Shown here: piece after piece, positions 37,365-50,943 of the stretch | Layout: each line of letters begins with the position of its first letter | How positions within the stretch are numbered: position 1 is the stretch's first letter | From: Scyliorhinus canicula | Lineage: Eukaryota | Direction: 5' to 3' | Assembly (NCBI RefSeq): GCF_902713615.1 | Contig: NC_052150.1 | Coordinates: forward strand, 93,627,206 to 93,691,205 | Length of the DNA stretch: 64,000 bases | Notes under the pieces: generated by a model | Seen by the model: the letters and a program-made list of their open reading frames with translations, nothing else | Told to the model about the DNA's origin: nothing | Database searches by the model: none | Made by a program: the position numbers and the translations under genes

Positions 37365-40300
37365 ATGTAGCCCATTGGACCTTGTTGGGCATGGGGACAT
37401 GGGACAATGCTAACTTGTCCGTCTTTCACCCCCTGCAGACAGTGGATTTCGGTATCCAACCAAGAATGGTTGGCATCTGCCTTGCCGCCGCAGTCCTGGC
37501 GGGTGCACTGAGGCTGATAAAAGAGGAGCTGTTCAGGGAGGAGCGCCCTGCAGCAGCGGAGCTTGCTCCAGAGGAACAAGAGCCAGCCACTGGGGCTGGA
37601 GAGCCAGCTGCCCAACAAGACAAGGAGGAGGTGGGAAGGAAGCTCCACATTAGGCCCCATGTGTACTGGCAGCGCCTGTACGTCAAGGACCTACTGGACC
37701 GGGCATGAATGGTCCGGCTGAGCAGGGAGACCATCCGGCATATCAAGGTGACCGTTGCCCTGAACCTTTACACCCGGAGTACTTCCAGGCACCGAGTGGA
37801 GAGCTGTCTGGGATCTTGCAGACCTCCGTGCACAGGTGCATCCGTGCCGTAACAGAGGCTCTATATGCCCGGTCAGCACAATATATCAGCTTCAATGTGG
37901 ACCGAGCCCACCAGTTTGCCCGGAGGCCATAGACTGGCGGGGGATAAACGCCAGACCTCGTCAAAACAGTAGGATGCGGGTGGGGGGGGGGGGGGGGGGC
38001 AGGGTCAGGCTGGGCAGGGCATGTGACCTGGGCATCCACAGGACGTCGCATAATGTGTCTGCCAGGGTCGCCATGCACGGGATGCTCTCCAGATTCACCG
38101 ACTAGAGAGCCTGGTCCATGGAATGGATGATGATGACCATGTTGGCGTCCCGTTCTGCAATGAGCTCTGGCACTCCACATCGTTTGACAACGTCTGACTC
38201 CTGCCCATTGTAGCACTTTCCACCATCCGCCTGGGTGATCCCTACATGCGAGCTGATCATTCCATCTCACCCATTAAACCCTTAGGGTGGCGGAGGTGGC
38301 GATGAGGTCCGGGTTTGGGAGGGTTGGGGAGTGGGAGAGGTGTGGGATTGGGTATCAGGGCGATGTGCTGTGGCTGACCTAGGGCCCTGGCCCTTACCCA
38401 CCTCCAGCAGTCGTCCAGCAACCACCTCTCCCCCCCCCCCCCCCCCCCCCACAGCGTCCCACTGCAGCCAGCCCCGTACAGCCCAGTACAGCACATCCCT
38501 CACACCCTTCTGACAGAGCACCAAGGCAGGTTGGAACATTGTCAACAGATGTTATTGTGAACAGATGTTATTGTGAACAGATGTTATTGTGAACAGGTGT
38601 TATTGTGAACAGATGTTATTGTGAACAGATGTTATTGTGAACAGGTGTTATTGTGAACAGGTGTTATTGTGAACAGGTGTTATTGTGAACAGATGTTATT
38701 GTGAACAGGTGTTATTGTGAACAGGTGTTATTGTGAACAGATGTTATTGTGAACAGATGTTATTGTGAACAGGTGTTATTGTGAACAGATGTTATTGTGA
38801 ACAGGTGTTATTGTGAACAGGTGTTATTGTGAACAGATGTTATTGTGAACAGGTGTTATTGTGAACAGATGTTATTGTGAACAGGTGTTATTGTGAACAG
38901 GTGTTATTGTGAACAGATGTTATTGTGAACAGGTGAACATGTTTCTACAGCTTTGCACCCCCCCATATGCTATCCTATGTGGTGCACCTGTGCCAATTTA
39001 ACTGGTGTCTAACATTCTGGCCTTACGAGTCCCAACACTCCATCTAGGTGGTTTCCCCAGGCAGTACATCAGGGGTGGAAGCGGCCTGCTTGGATTCCCG
39101 TCTGTGACCTGGGTCCTGTTTGGCGGCCATCCTCAGGAGCAGCGGGCCTGGTGGTGCCACCCTGTTCTGTCCGCTGCCCATTGCATGCGTCATGGACAGG
39201 AGGGAGGAAGTCTAAGGTGCTGTGGTATTCCGGCACCTCCCCTGCAGGGGTTACCGACACAGGCCCCATCACCTCCTCCTGCCTCGGGGCGCCCGATGAC
39301 CCCTGGGCTATTCCTTGGGACGGAGGTAGGGCTGGAGCAAGTTCCAAGGACTCCCCTGTCACCTGGTGCTGCCAGTCCTGAAGGCCCTCTTTCGTCTTGA
39401 CCTGAGTCTCAATGCTCGTGGCCATGAAATACAGGGACTGGGCCACCTTCCTCTGGGACTGTGCCACAAACCTCTGGGACTGGCTAAGGTCAGCCAGCGG
39501 CCAGGGAATGCCATTGACACCCGCAGCCATAATCCTTTGTGACTGGGCCAAGCTCTGGAGCGCTGCTGCAATGTCCAGGTGACCTTGGTACATGGCGGTC
39601 TGTGACAAGGGTGCCCTGTCATGTGCCTCGGCCACCGCCCACACAGTGTCTCAAGCCTTGGACATCTTGACCCATGATGGTGGCCCTCATCCCCAAGGCC
39701 TCCACCGTAGATGCCACCCATTCAGTGTTGACCTGGGTAGCACCCATGGTCAGCACTACCTCTTGCCCCTGCAGGCAGTTGGAGGGGTTTGCCAGGTGAT
39801 GAATGGTTGCTGACACCCCCTCATGTAGTCCCTTGCTCTGTTTCTGCATCTCCAGCATCGATGGGGCCGCCCTTTCCTGAATCCCGAGACCCATCTGGAC
39901 AGCAGCTAGTCTCGGAGGGTGGTCCACGGTCCGGTCATATCTCATCACTCGATGTGCCCTGGGGTTGTGGCCAGGGGTGGGGGGCACCAGAAGGGTCCGC
40001 CTCACCGCCAGGTGATCCTGCAAGACACAAGACATGACGCATGGTTGGATTGCGGGTATTAGACGGATGATGTGGCGGTGGTGGGATGGGGAGGTTGAGA
40101 GTTGGTATGGAGGTGGTGGGGTGCTGGGGTGGGGGAGCGGTGGGTGGTGTGAGGATAGTGCGGTAGTGTGGGGGTGGTGCCACTCATGCCATAGGGACAC
40201 CGCAGCTCAGTGGGCGCTCACTTGATTCCCCGATGCCTACCTCAACCTTGGCGACTGTCTGCTCTCTGGGCCCACGAGGTGGCCGAAACGGGGTGCCACT

Positions 40301-40572
40301 CTTCACGGTGCCATCTTCTTGGTTGGAATGAGTGTGTGTGAGGAGTGGAGTGCTTACATGCGGCTGCAGCTTGTCAGTCTCTCGAGTGCCAATCCCGACC
40401 CGGCAAATAGGACGCCATCATGCGTTGGAATTGCATTTGTTCCACATGGCGCCGGTACTAGCCCATTAATGGATCCTGAATTGCTCCGGGACCCGCGCCA
40501 CTTTCAGGGTTGTGAATACCACTGATTCAGTCCCAGCGTCAGCACTAGTCTCTTAACTGGAGAATCCTGGCG
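37365..40572. mobile_element. Degraded PIF/Harbinger element with convergent transposase (+) and Myb/coiled-coil (-) remnants
   Basis: HARBI1-like N-terminal remnant IKVTVALNLY / FQAPSGELSGILQTSVHRCIRAVTEALY (~37443-37920); minus-strand ORF2 remnant MAP*RVAPRFG near 40315 and coiled coil 39069-39644; right TIR GGAGAATCCTGGCG; left end not found. Confidence 0.75.
38544..38938. repeat. Minisatellite, 16-bp unit GTTATTGTGAACAGRT, ~24 copies
   Basis: Perfect tandem array apart from one A/G variable position. Confidence 0.97.
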
Positions 40573-42564
40573 TTTATCTTTAAACTGTATCCCTTTTACT
40601 TGTCCTTTATCAACAAAGTGTAGACTAATGGCTAGAGCTGCAGTCCATTGAGAATAAGGATAAAAAACAGTTGGTGACTCAGTTCTGGAGATTGGCAGGA
40701 TCCTTTTTTCTGCGTCAAGGTTGAATTCCAGTCTTAATTCTCGTTTAAACATGATTTTCCTCAATAAGGTTGGTAGAGTTAACTATTGGCTCAGCAGTGA
40801 TTTGGATCACATTGTGATCTTTTTACCGGTCAACAGGTCAGGTCAGTGACAGCAGGGAGTCTGGCTGTTGGCATTTCCACTTATCTTTCAGTGTATTTCA
40901 ACTTCTTTTATCCCATTTATGTCCCTTTAATTTATTCCTTTGTCGTTAGGCTGCACACTCATAACATAATGTTGCCAATTTACAAAGGTTGGCATTCTGC
41001 CAGGGTACTTATGCTACAAAGTGTTCCATGAGTGGGTATTTTTAGGAATGTTCCTTTCGAGGGCAATACACACTTTCTGTCTGTTTAAACAATTGAAGTG
41101 TGAATTTGGGTTTCCCTCCTGTTATTTGGCATTTTACAATTACAATCGGTAAAGTTAAACTGGCCATTTGAGCATCTGGGAGACATTACAGTGGTTTATT
41201 ACTCCCATGTACATCAAAATGTTGTCCCATAGTGTGACAATGTCTATGAAAGGTTAATGTTGATGCAAGGTATGCTGAAATGTAAAGGTGTGTGAGTCTG
41301 TCGAGTTTTAAAAATAACCTGAAATCAGCATTTTGCCTCCAGGGTTACAATCTGGTGCACAATCTACACTGACCTAAGAAAAGAAAAGTGCCTATAAATA
41401 AACAAAAACACATAAAAAATTGGTGTTAGTGACACTGGGCTAACTCTGAAACCTGTGCCCATAGCACACACTGTGTCGTGAAGCACCATCTGGAATTGAA
41501 TAAGAGTGTGTGCGTTTTGTGCACACTATTAGCACAGCTGATTACATTAGTGACCTGCCTGAGGACATTCTCTGGCTTCGAAGTAGTCGAGGCAGCTCAC
41601 GGAGATATGGCTGTTGCACCTTGACCTAATCTTTGCCTAGCAACAAACATTGCGATAATGCACCATGTATGTGGTTAATATAATCAAATACATTTTACTG
41701 TCTTTTCAGATTGGTCAAGTACAACGCAGTTTAGTTTTACAGCATAGTACTCGAGATAAGTATCATAAAATTGGTGATCTGAGTGGGTTCCCACAGCAGC
41801 CAAATTGAATCAAATGTGAGATTAAATTGTTTTTACTGTTATTTTGTGCAGTAATTCAAAAGCACAGAGGAAAATCAAATAAAAAGTGTATTTCTTAATT
41901 CTTTTTAATTTTCCTTTGTTACTTTTTCTACGTGGACTTTTGTAACTTATTGCAAGATTTTCATTAACGTTTAGCAAGAAAGGTAACGTTACTTTCACTA
42001 GGTTGAATGTAACGTCAGCCCAGGAGTCATGTAGTCTCTGACAAAGATTATGGAAGTTCATTTCAATCCATTCTAAGGGAATGGACTGATTGAAGTCCAT
42101 CATTCAATATAAAATGGGAAAGAACGTTATCTGAAACATGTAAGTATATTGACTAACCGAGGTCAAAGGGGAAATGGAGAGGATGGCCCATAGATGAAAT
42201 CAGGCAGCATGCTTGAGGAGATGTGGTATCACAAAAAAAGTTAATTTATGGGGAAATGAAGCATTAGCGGAAGCAATAGACATGTTTAAAACTTATACCA
42301 TTTCATTTTCAATCCATGTCAAAGACAACATGAGCAGCATATGTCCAGAATTAGATTGGGGGTGTAACTGGGGACCACACTCCAAGCAAGGAGGTTCAGA
42401 ACTCCTTCTGCAGGTAGCCTCATATCTGATTTGGTCTCCATGCTGCATTACAGTCCAGAATGGAGCCAGGTTTAGGAGGTTCCTAACAAGCCTTACAACC
42501 TTCTTGGAACTTTCTGAATCTAATTGACTCTTTAATACTCTTCCAACATCAAAAATGTAATCAA

Positions 42565-45286
42565 ACCACTAGCACTGGGAGAGATCATGGAGAGCATTAG
42601 CTCCATGCAGGCGGGGAAGGCGCCGGGACCGGACGGATTCCCGGCGGACTTCTACAAAAAATTTGCGACAGCGCTGGCCCCGCACATGCGGGAGATGTTC
42701 ACAGACTCGCTAGCTAGGGGCACGTTGCCACCCACGTTAGCACAGGCCTCAATCTCGCTGATACCTAAGAAAGACAAAGACCCAACGGAATGTGGGTCAT
42801 ACAGACCCATATCTCTGCTGAATGCAGACGCCAAAATACTGGCCAAAATCCTAGCCAAAAGGCTAGAAGACTGTGTACCTGAGGTGGTCACAGAGGACCA
42901 GACGGGCTTTGTCAAAGGTAGACAGCTGACCGCGAACATCAGGCGCCTGCTGAACGTGATAATGACCCCCTCCGGGGAGAGAACACAAGAGGTGATCGTC
43001 TCCCTGGACGCAGAAAAGGCCTTCGACAGAGTCGAATGGATATACCTCATAGAGGTACTGGAGCGGTTCGGGCTTGGAACAGGGTTCACAGCTTGGGTAA
43101 AGCTCCTGTACAACGCTCCCATGGCGAGTGTACAGACCAACAATACCAACTCCCAATACTTCCAGCTGCACAGGGGCACCAGACAAGGATGCCCACTGTC
43201 CCCGCTGCTGTTCACACTAGCAATCGAACCGCTAGCAATCGCGCTCAGGGCAGCAAAAAATTGGAGGGGGATCCGAAGGGGAGGTAGAGAGCACAGAGTC
43301 TCACTCTATGCGGATGATCTGCTCCTCTATATCTCGGACCCACAAAGCAGCATGGACGGAATCATCGCGCTCCTGAAAGAGTTTGGAGCCTTCTCGGGCT
43401 ACAAACTCAACATGAGCAAAAGTGAGATCTTCCCATTACACCCGCAAGGGGGGGGGGGGGGGGGGGGGGGGGGGCAGCACTAAAGGGGCTGCCGTTCAAA
43501 CAAGCCCGACATAAATTCCGCTACCTGGGGATCCAAATAGCCCATGACTGGAAAGGGATCCACAAATGGAACCTCACCAGCCTGACGGAGGAAGTTAAAA
43601 AGGACCTGCAAAGATGGAACACACTCCCGCTCTCCCTCGCGGGGAGAGTTCAGACGATCAAAATGAACGTACTGCCCAGGTTCCTCTTCCTGTTTAGATC
43701 CATTCCGATCTACATCCCCAAGGCCTTTTTCAAAGCGCTGGACAAACTCATCATGGCGTTCGTATGGGGGGGTAAAAATGCTAGGATCCCAAAGAAGGTC
43801 TTACAAAAAACAAAAACCAGGGGAGGGTTAGCCCTCCCGAATCTACAATTCTACCACTGGGCAGCAACAGCCGAGCGAGTAAGGGGATGGATCCAGGAGC
43901 CAGAAGCTGAGTGGGTGCGTGCGGAGGAGGCCTCCTGCATGGGAACCTCCCTCCGGGCCCTCGCCACGGCAGCACTCCCATCCCCACCCAAAAAACACTC
44001 CAGCAGCCCAGTGGTGACAGCCACCCTCCAATCCTGGAACCAACTGCGGCAGCAACTTGGCCTGACCAAAATGTCGAACAGGGCTCCCATCTGCAACAAC
44101 CATAGGTTCAAACCAGCACTGACCGACGCCACCTTCAAAAGGTGGAGGCAGGACGGGGGGACACTGACAGTCAGGGACCTATACACGGACGACAGGATCG
44201 CAACACTGGACGAACTGACAGAGAAATTTCAGCTAGCTGGGGGGAACGAGCTACGGTACCTGCAGCTCAAAAACTTCCTACGAAAGGAGACAAGGACGTA
44301 CCCACAACCGCCACGACAGACACTACTGGAAGACCTACTGGACGCAAGTATCCTAGAGAAAGGGAACTGTAGTGACATGTATGACCGACTGGTAGATAGG
44401 GACGACACCGTACTGGACGCAACAAGGAGGAAATGGGAGGACGACCTGGGGATGGAGATCGGGTGGGGACTCTGGAGCGAAGCACTGCATAGGGTCAACT
44501 CCACCTCCACGTGCGCAAGGCTCAGCCTGACGCAACTAAAAGTGGTACATAGAGCCCACTTAACAAGAACCCGTATGAGTAGGTTCTTCCCGGAGGTGGA
44601 AGACAGATGTGAACGGTGCCAAAGAGGCCCGGCCAACCACGCCCACATGTTCTGGTCCTGCCCCAGACTCGTGGAGTACTGGACAGCCTTCTTCGAGGTA
44701 ATGTCCAAAGTGGTGGGAGTGAGGGTGGAGCCATGCCCGATAGTGGCGGTCTTCGGGGTTTCAGAACAGCCAGATCTATTCCTGGGGAGGAGGGCGGATG
44801 CCCTTGCCTTTGCCTCCCTGATCGCCCGCCGTAGAATCCTGTTTGGCTGGCGGTCAGCAGCACCGCCCAGAGCTGCGGACTGGCTGTCCGACCTCTCGGA
44901 ATCTCTCCAAATGGAGAAAATCAAATTTGCCATCCGAGGGTCGGACGACGGCTTCCACAGAACGTGGGAGCCATTCATGCAACTGTTCCGGGACCTATTT
45001 GTGGCCAATGTACAAGAGGAAGAATAGTCGGGGGAAGGTAGCGGGAGGGGGGGGGGGGGCTACAGGTTCGTTAAGGGGGTTCGATGGCTAGCTAAGGCCC
45101 AAAACCAAGCTAAATAAACATGTTGAGGGGGGGGGGGCGCAGTTACTACTACGAAGATGCTTACCTGTAAATATGTATGTTAATTTTTGCGTGTTTGTTT
45201 TTGTTTGTTTTTTTTTTCTCTCTCCTAACAATTTGTAATTTGTTCAATATAAAATACGAAAACTGAATAAAAACATTTATAAAAAA
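42565..45286 (+). mobile_element. Young 5'-truncated L1-clade LINE (ORF2 RT plus C-terminal zinc knuckle)
   Basis: ORFs 42587-43483 (GKAPGPDG, SLDAEKAFDRV, RGTRQGCPLSP, LYADD) and 43663-45027 (CERC..H...C) are joined by one frameshift in a 27-G run; AATAAA and poly(A) tail; 14-bp TSD AAAAATGTAATCAA at 42551-42564 and 45287-45300. Confidence 0.95.
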
Positions 45287-45552
45287 AAAAATGTAATCAA
45301 CATTTAGAAGCTGGTGGGTGTGCACAGGCATGCCTGTGCAGGACTCCACTGTCACTGGCGGAGACCAACAATGAAGGAGGCTGTTCTTTATATCTTAAAT
45401 CCCACAGTGTAGCTTAGTATCACTGGGCTATTGAGGTGAGTCACTGGTTAAAAGGTTGTGGGTTCAAGTCGCAATTCAGAACTCGAGCATAACATCTAGC
45501 TTTGCACTCCAGTGGAGCACCTAGAGAATTCTGCGCTACTAGAGGGGAGGGC

Positions 45553-48500
45553 TAGGACAGCATGGTGGCGCAGTAGTTACCACTGCTGCCTCACAGCACC
45601 GAGGTCCCAGGTTCGAATCCCAGCCCTGGGTCACTGTCCGTGTGGAGTTTGTCCATTCTCCCCGTGTTTGTGTGGGTTTCGCCCCCACAATCCAAAGAGG
45701 GGCACCCATATCCTGGGAGGGAGATTTTTTGGTACTCTTCGGGAGGGTTTAAACTAATTTGGCAGGGGAATGGGAACCGGACTTGTAGTCCAGCAACTAA
45801 GGTAGCCGATGTTCAGGACGTCAAAGCGTGTAGTGAGGCAGTGGGGAAGGTAACACTGACAAAGGAGAGTACTTGCAGGCACGGAGATGGTTGAAGTGTG
45901 TATACTTCAACGCAAGAAGCATCAGGAATAAGGTGGGTGAACTTAAGGCATGGATCGGTACTTGGGATTACTATGTGGTGGCCATCACAGAAACTTGGAT
46001 AGAAGAGGGGCAGAAATGGTTGTTGGTGGTTTCTGGTTATAGATGTTTCAATAAGATTAGGGAGGGTGGTAAAAGAGGTGGGGGGTTGCATTATTAATTA
46101 GAGATAGTATAACAACTGCAGAAAGGCAGTTCGAGGAGGATCTGCTTACTGAGGTAGTATGGGTTGAAGTCAGAAATAGGAAAGGAGCAGTCATCTTGTT
46201 GGGAGTTTTCTATAGGCCCCCCAATAGCAGCAGAGATGTGGAGGAACAAATTGGGAAACAGATATTGGAAAGGTGCAGAAGTCACAGGGTAGTAGTCATG
46301 GGTGACTTCAACTTCCCAAATATTGAGTGGAAACTCTTTAGATCAAATAGTTTGGATGGGGTGGTGTTTGTGCAGTGTGTCCAGGAAGCTTTTCTAACAC
46401 AGTATGTAGATTGTCCGACCAGAGGGGAGGCCATATTGGATTTGGTACTTGGTAATGAACCAGGGCAAGTGATAGATTTGTTAGTGGGGGAGCATTTTGG
46501 AGAGAGTGACCACAATTCTGTGACTTTAGTAATGGAGAGGGATAGGTGCGTGCAACAGGGCAAGGTTTACAATTGGGGGAAGGGTAAATACGATGCCATC
46601 AGACAAGAACTGAAGTGCATAAGTTGGGAACATAGGCTGTCAGGGAAGGACACAATTGAAATGTGGAACTTATTCAAAAAACAGATAATACGTGTCCTTG
46701 ATATGTGTGTCCCTGTCAGGCAGGGAAGAGATGGTCGAGTGAGGGACAAGAGAGGTTGAATGTCTTGTTAAGAGGAAGAAGGATATTATGTAAGGCTGAG
46801 GAAACAAGGTTTAGACAGGGCGCTTGAGGGATACAAGATAGCCAGGAGGGAACTGAAGAAAGGGATTAGGAGAGCTAAAAGAGGGCATTAAAAATCTTTG
46901 GCGGGTAGAATCAAGGAAAACCCCAAGGCCTTTTACAAATATGTGAGAAATATGAGAATGACTAGAGCGAGGGTGGGTCCGATCAAGGACAATAGCGGGA
47001 GATTGTGTATTGAGTGAGAAGAGATCGGAGAGGTCTTGAACGAGTACTTTTCTTCAGTATTTACGAATGAGAGGGGCCATATTGTTGGAGAGGACAGTGT
47101 GAAACAGACTGGTAAGCTCGAGGAGATACTTGTTAGGAAGGAAGATGTGTTGGGCATTTTGAAAAACTTGAGGATAGACAAGTCCCCCGGGCCTGACGGG
47201 ATATATCCAAGGATTCTATGGGAAGGAAGAGATGAAATTGCAGAGCCGTTGGCAATGATCTTTTCGTCCTCACTGTCAACAGGGGTGGTACCAGGGGATT
47301 AGAGAGTGGCGAATGTCGTGCCCCTGATCAAAAAAGGGAATAGGGATAACCCTAGGAATTACAGGCCAGTTAGTCTTACTTCGGTGGTAGGCAAAGTAAG
47401 GAAAAGGGCACTGAGGGATAGGATTTCTGAGCATCTGGAAAGACACTGCTTGATTAGGGATAGTCAGCACGGATTTGTGAGGGGTAGGTTTTGCCTCACA
47501 AGTCTTATTGAATTCTTTGAGGAGGTGACCAAGCAGGTGGATGGATGTAAAGCTGTGGATGTGGTGTACATAGATTGTACACCACACCACATTGTAAGGC
47601 ATTTGATAAGGTTCCCCATGGTAGGCTTATGCAGAAAGTAAGGAGGCATGGGATAGTGGGAAATTTGGCCAGTTGGATAACAAACTGACTAACCGATAGA
47701 AGTCAGAGAGTGGTGGTGGATGGCAAATATTCAGCCTGGAGCCCAGTTACCAGTGGCAAACCACAGGGATCAGTTCTGGGTCCTCTGCTGTTTGTGATTT
47801 TCATTAATGACTTGGATGAGGGAGTTGAAGGGTGGGTCAGTAAATTTGCAGACGACACGAAGATTGATGGAGTTGTGGATAGTGAGGAGGGCTGTTGTCG
47901 GCTGCAAAGAGACATAGATAGGATGCAGGACTGGGCTGAGAAGTGGCAGATGGAGTTTAACCCTGAAAAGTGTGAGGTTGTCCATTTTGGAAGGACAAAT
48001 ATGAGTGCGGAATACAGGCTTAACGTAGGGTTCTTGGCAATGTGGAGGAGCAGAGAGATCTTGGGGTCTATGTTAATAGATCTTTGAAATTTGCCATTCA
48101 AGTGGATAGAGCTGTGAAGAAGGCCTATGGTGTGCTAGTATTCATTAGCAGAGGGATTGAATTTAAGAGCCATGAGGTGATGATGCAGCTGTACAAAACC
48201 TTGGTAAGGCCACATTTGGAGTACTGTGTTCAGTTCTGGTCGCCTCATTTTAGGAAGGATGTGGAAGCTTTGGAAAAGGTGCAAAGGAGATTTACCAGGA
48301 TGTTGCCTGGAATGGAGAATAGGTCTTACGAGAAAAGGTTGAGGGTGCTCGGCATTTTCTCATTAGAACGGAGAAGGATGAGGGGCGACTTGACAGAGGT
48401 TTATCAGATGATATGGGGAATAGATAGAGTAGACAGTCAGAGACTTTTTCCCCGGGTGGAACAAACCATTACAAGGGGACATAAATTTAAGGTGAATGGT

Positions 48501-48820
48501 GGAAGATATAGGGGGGATGTCAGAGGTAGGTTCTTTACCCAGAGAGTAGTGGGAGCATGGAATGCACTGCCTGTGGAAGTAGTTGAGTCGGAAACATTAG
48601 GGACCTTCAAACGGCTATTGGATAGGTACATGGATTACGGTAGAATGATGGGTTGTAGAATAATTTGTTCTTAATCTAGGACAAATGTTCGGTACAACAT
48701 CGTGGGCCGAAGGGCCTGTTCTGTGCTGTATTTTTCTATGTTCTATGTGCAGGTTAGGTGGATTGGCCACGCAAATTGCCCCTTAATTGGAAAAAATGAA
48801 TTGGGTACTCTATTAAAAAA
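45553..48820 (+). mobile_element. tRNA-derived SINE split by a CR1 (pieces 45553-45697 and 48746-48820)
   Basis: ...CCCACAATCCAAAG | ATGTGCAGGTTAGGTGGATTGG joins across the CR1 exactly as in uninterrupted copies. Confidence 0.8.
45698..48745 (+). mobile_element. CR1 LINE, near-complete ORF2 (APE endonuclease + RT) with stops and frameshifts
   Basis: YFNARSIRNK, ITETW, YRPPN, MGDFNFP, SDHN (endonuclease); KSPGPDG, NYRPVSLTS, PQGSVLGP, KFADDTK (RT); CR1 tail GGGCCGAAGGGCCTGTT...TTCTATGTTCT. Confidence 0.93.
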
Positions 48821-49351
48821 ATACTCGGGCAGGGGGGCATTTTTCAGATGAGGGGGGTGATTTACGACCAACCTGCTTGTTTTTCGGCAGCGAAGGCAGC
48901 TCGCCAGCCTGATTGTCTGGTCCCGCCATTGTCAACAGGATTCCCTGTTGAGTGCACCCATTGAATGATTTTCACAGTAACTTCATTGCAGTGTTAATGT
49001 AAGCCTACTTGTGACAATAATGTAGATTATTATTAATATTGTCGTTGGGAAACCCGAGGTGGGGGTGCGCCGTAGGTGGAACTGGAGAATCCCTCCGGCG
49101 TGAATGCTGGTGAATTCCAGCCGAGATATTCAACCAAGGCCGCTTCTGCATCTCAGGTAGATATGTGTTTGGAAAATATTTTTATTATAATTTGTAGCAA
49201 TTTATATACACAATATATGAAATAACATAAAATAACAATTAAACGGTAAGAATTCCCTGCCCCACCCTCGCCTTCCCTTGCTACAGTATAACTTAGATAT
49301 AAGGTCCTTCCACCCCCCCTCTCCCCCCTACCAGCTAACAGTGACAAACTC

Positions 49352-49835
49352 ATAAAGTCATAGATGTTTACAGCTTGGAACAGGCCCTTTGGCCCAGCTT
49401 GTCCATGCCGCCCAGTTTCTATCATTAAACTAGTCCCACTTGCCCGTATTTGGCCCATATCCCTCTATATCACCCTGCCCATGTAACTATCTAACTGTTT
49501 TTTAAAGGACAAAATTGTACCCGCCTCTATCACTGCCTCTGGCAGCCCGTTCCAGATGCTAACCACCCTCTGTGTGAAGAAATTTCCCCTCTGGTCTCTT
49601 TTGTATCTCTCCCCTTAAACCTATTCCCTCCAGTTCTAGACAACTTTACCTTTGGGAAAAGATGTCGACTATCCACCTTATCTATGCTCCTCTATATATA
49701 GACCTCTATAAGATCACCCCGAAGCCTCCGACGCTCCAGAGAAAAAAGTCCCAGTCTATCCAGCCTCTCCTTATAACTCAGACCATCAAGTCCTGATAGC
49801 ATCCTCGTCAATCTCTTCTGCATTCTTTCTAATTT
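49352..49835 (-). mobile_element. CR1 3' fragment inserted in the L1
   Basis: Reverse complement of a CR1 tail (GGGCCAAAGGGCCTGTTCC...) and ORF2 C-terminus. Confidence 0.75.
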
Positions 49836-50943
49836 AAGAACTAGAACTCTTTAAAGTACAATATAAATGGTCAACATCTATGGTAAAACACTTCCACTGA
49901 CCCTCTTATGTCAAACCTAACCGGAGCTCCGGCACAACCAAAATCGCCACCAATGGGCAAGGTTCTAACCCAATGTTGAGGATTACCGACATGGTCTCAA
50001 AAAAGGACCACAGAAGCCGTTAGCTTTGGGCATGACCAGAACATGTGTGTATGGTGCACTGGGCCCCCTCGAACATCGAACATATCGTTCATCCACTCCT
50101 TCAAAAAACTGACTCATTCTAGCCTTTGTGAGGTGGCCCTGAACACCACGTTCAGCTGGATGTGACTCAGCCTCGCACAGGACAAAGTTGAGTTCACCCT
50201 CCTCAGCGCCTCACTCCAAACCTCCTCCTCCAATCGGTCCCAGCTCCCACTTTGCCTTCATACCCTCAACCGAGCACATCTCCTCCCCCACTATCCGTGG
50301 TATATACCCGACGCACTGGCCATCTTCGAGCCTGAGCAGAATAAGATCCTCTTGAGCAAGGTAGAAGGCTGCTTCACTTGGTCGGCAGAGAAGTACTTTT
50401 TGATCCAACTATGCACCTGGAGACACCTGAACCCATCAGAATCTGTAAGCCCATATTTTACTTTCAGATCTCCCAGGCTAGCAAACTGACCCTCTAAAAA
50501 TAAGTCCCCCACCTTCTCCAAACTCTATTCCTTCCATTCCCTAAGCTCACATCCGACCCAGCAGGCTCGAATAGCTCGTTGCCACAGATGGGGGTTAGCC
50601 TTAAGGCAGCCCTCAGATTAAAAGGTTGACGGAGTTGGCTCCAAATGTTTAACACGACCACTACAACCGGGTTAGTCGGGTGTTTCTTCGGCAGCACCGG
50701 TAACGGAGCCTGTACCAACGCTGCTCCCCTCACAGACTCTGCTTCCACTCGGACCCAAAGCTCATCCAAATCCCCACCCCACTCTAGCACCCTTTCAGCA
50801 TTAGCTGCCCAGCAGTCGTATTGGAGGTTTGACCAAACCACCTAATTTTCTCTCCCTCTGGAGCATTGTCCTCCTGATCCTCAGGCCCTTACCCGCCCAA
50901 ACAAACCCAGTAATCAGTTGGCCAATTTCTCTAAAAAAAAACA

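Noticed and set aside
37443-37932. Host HARBI1 gene
   Set aside because: Frameshifted, lacks the DDE core, and sits inside a transposon with a partner ORF2 and a TIR.
38544-38938. Possible CRISPR-like array
   Set aside because: Units are directly adjacent with no unique spacers, there are no cas genes, and the context is eukaryotic.
42652-45008. Long antisense ORFs opposite L1, CR1 and Gypsy coding regions
   Set aside because: Shadow frames of retroelement ORFs with no independent evidence.
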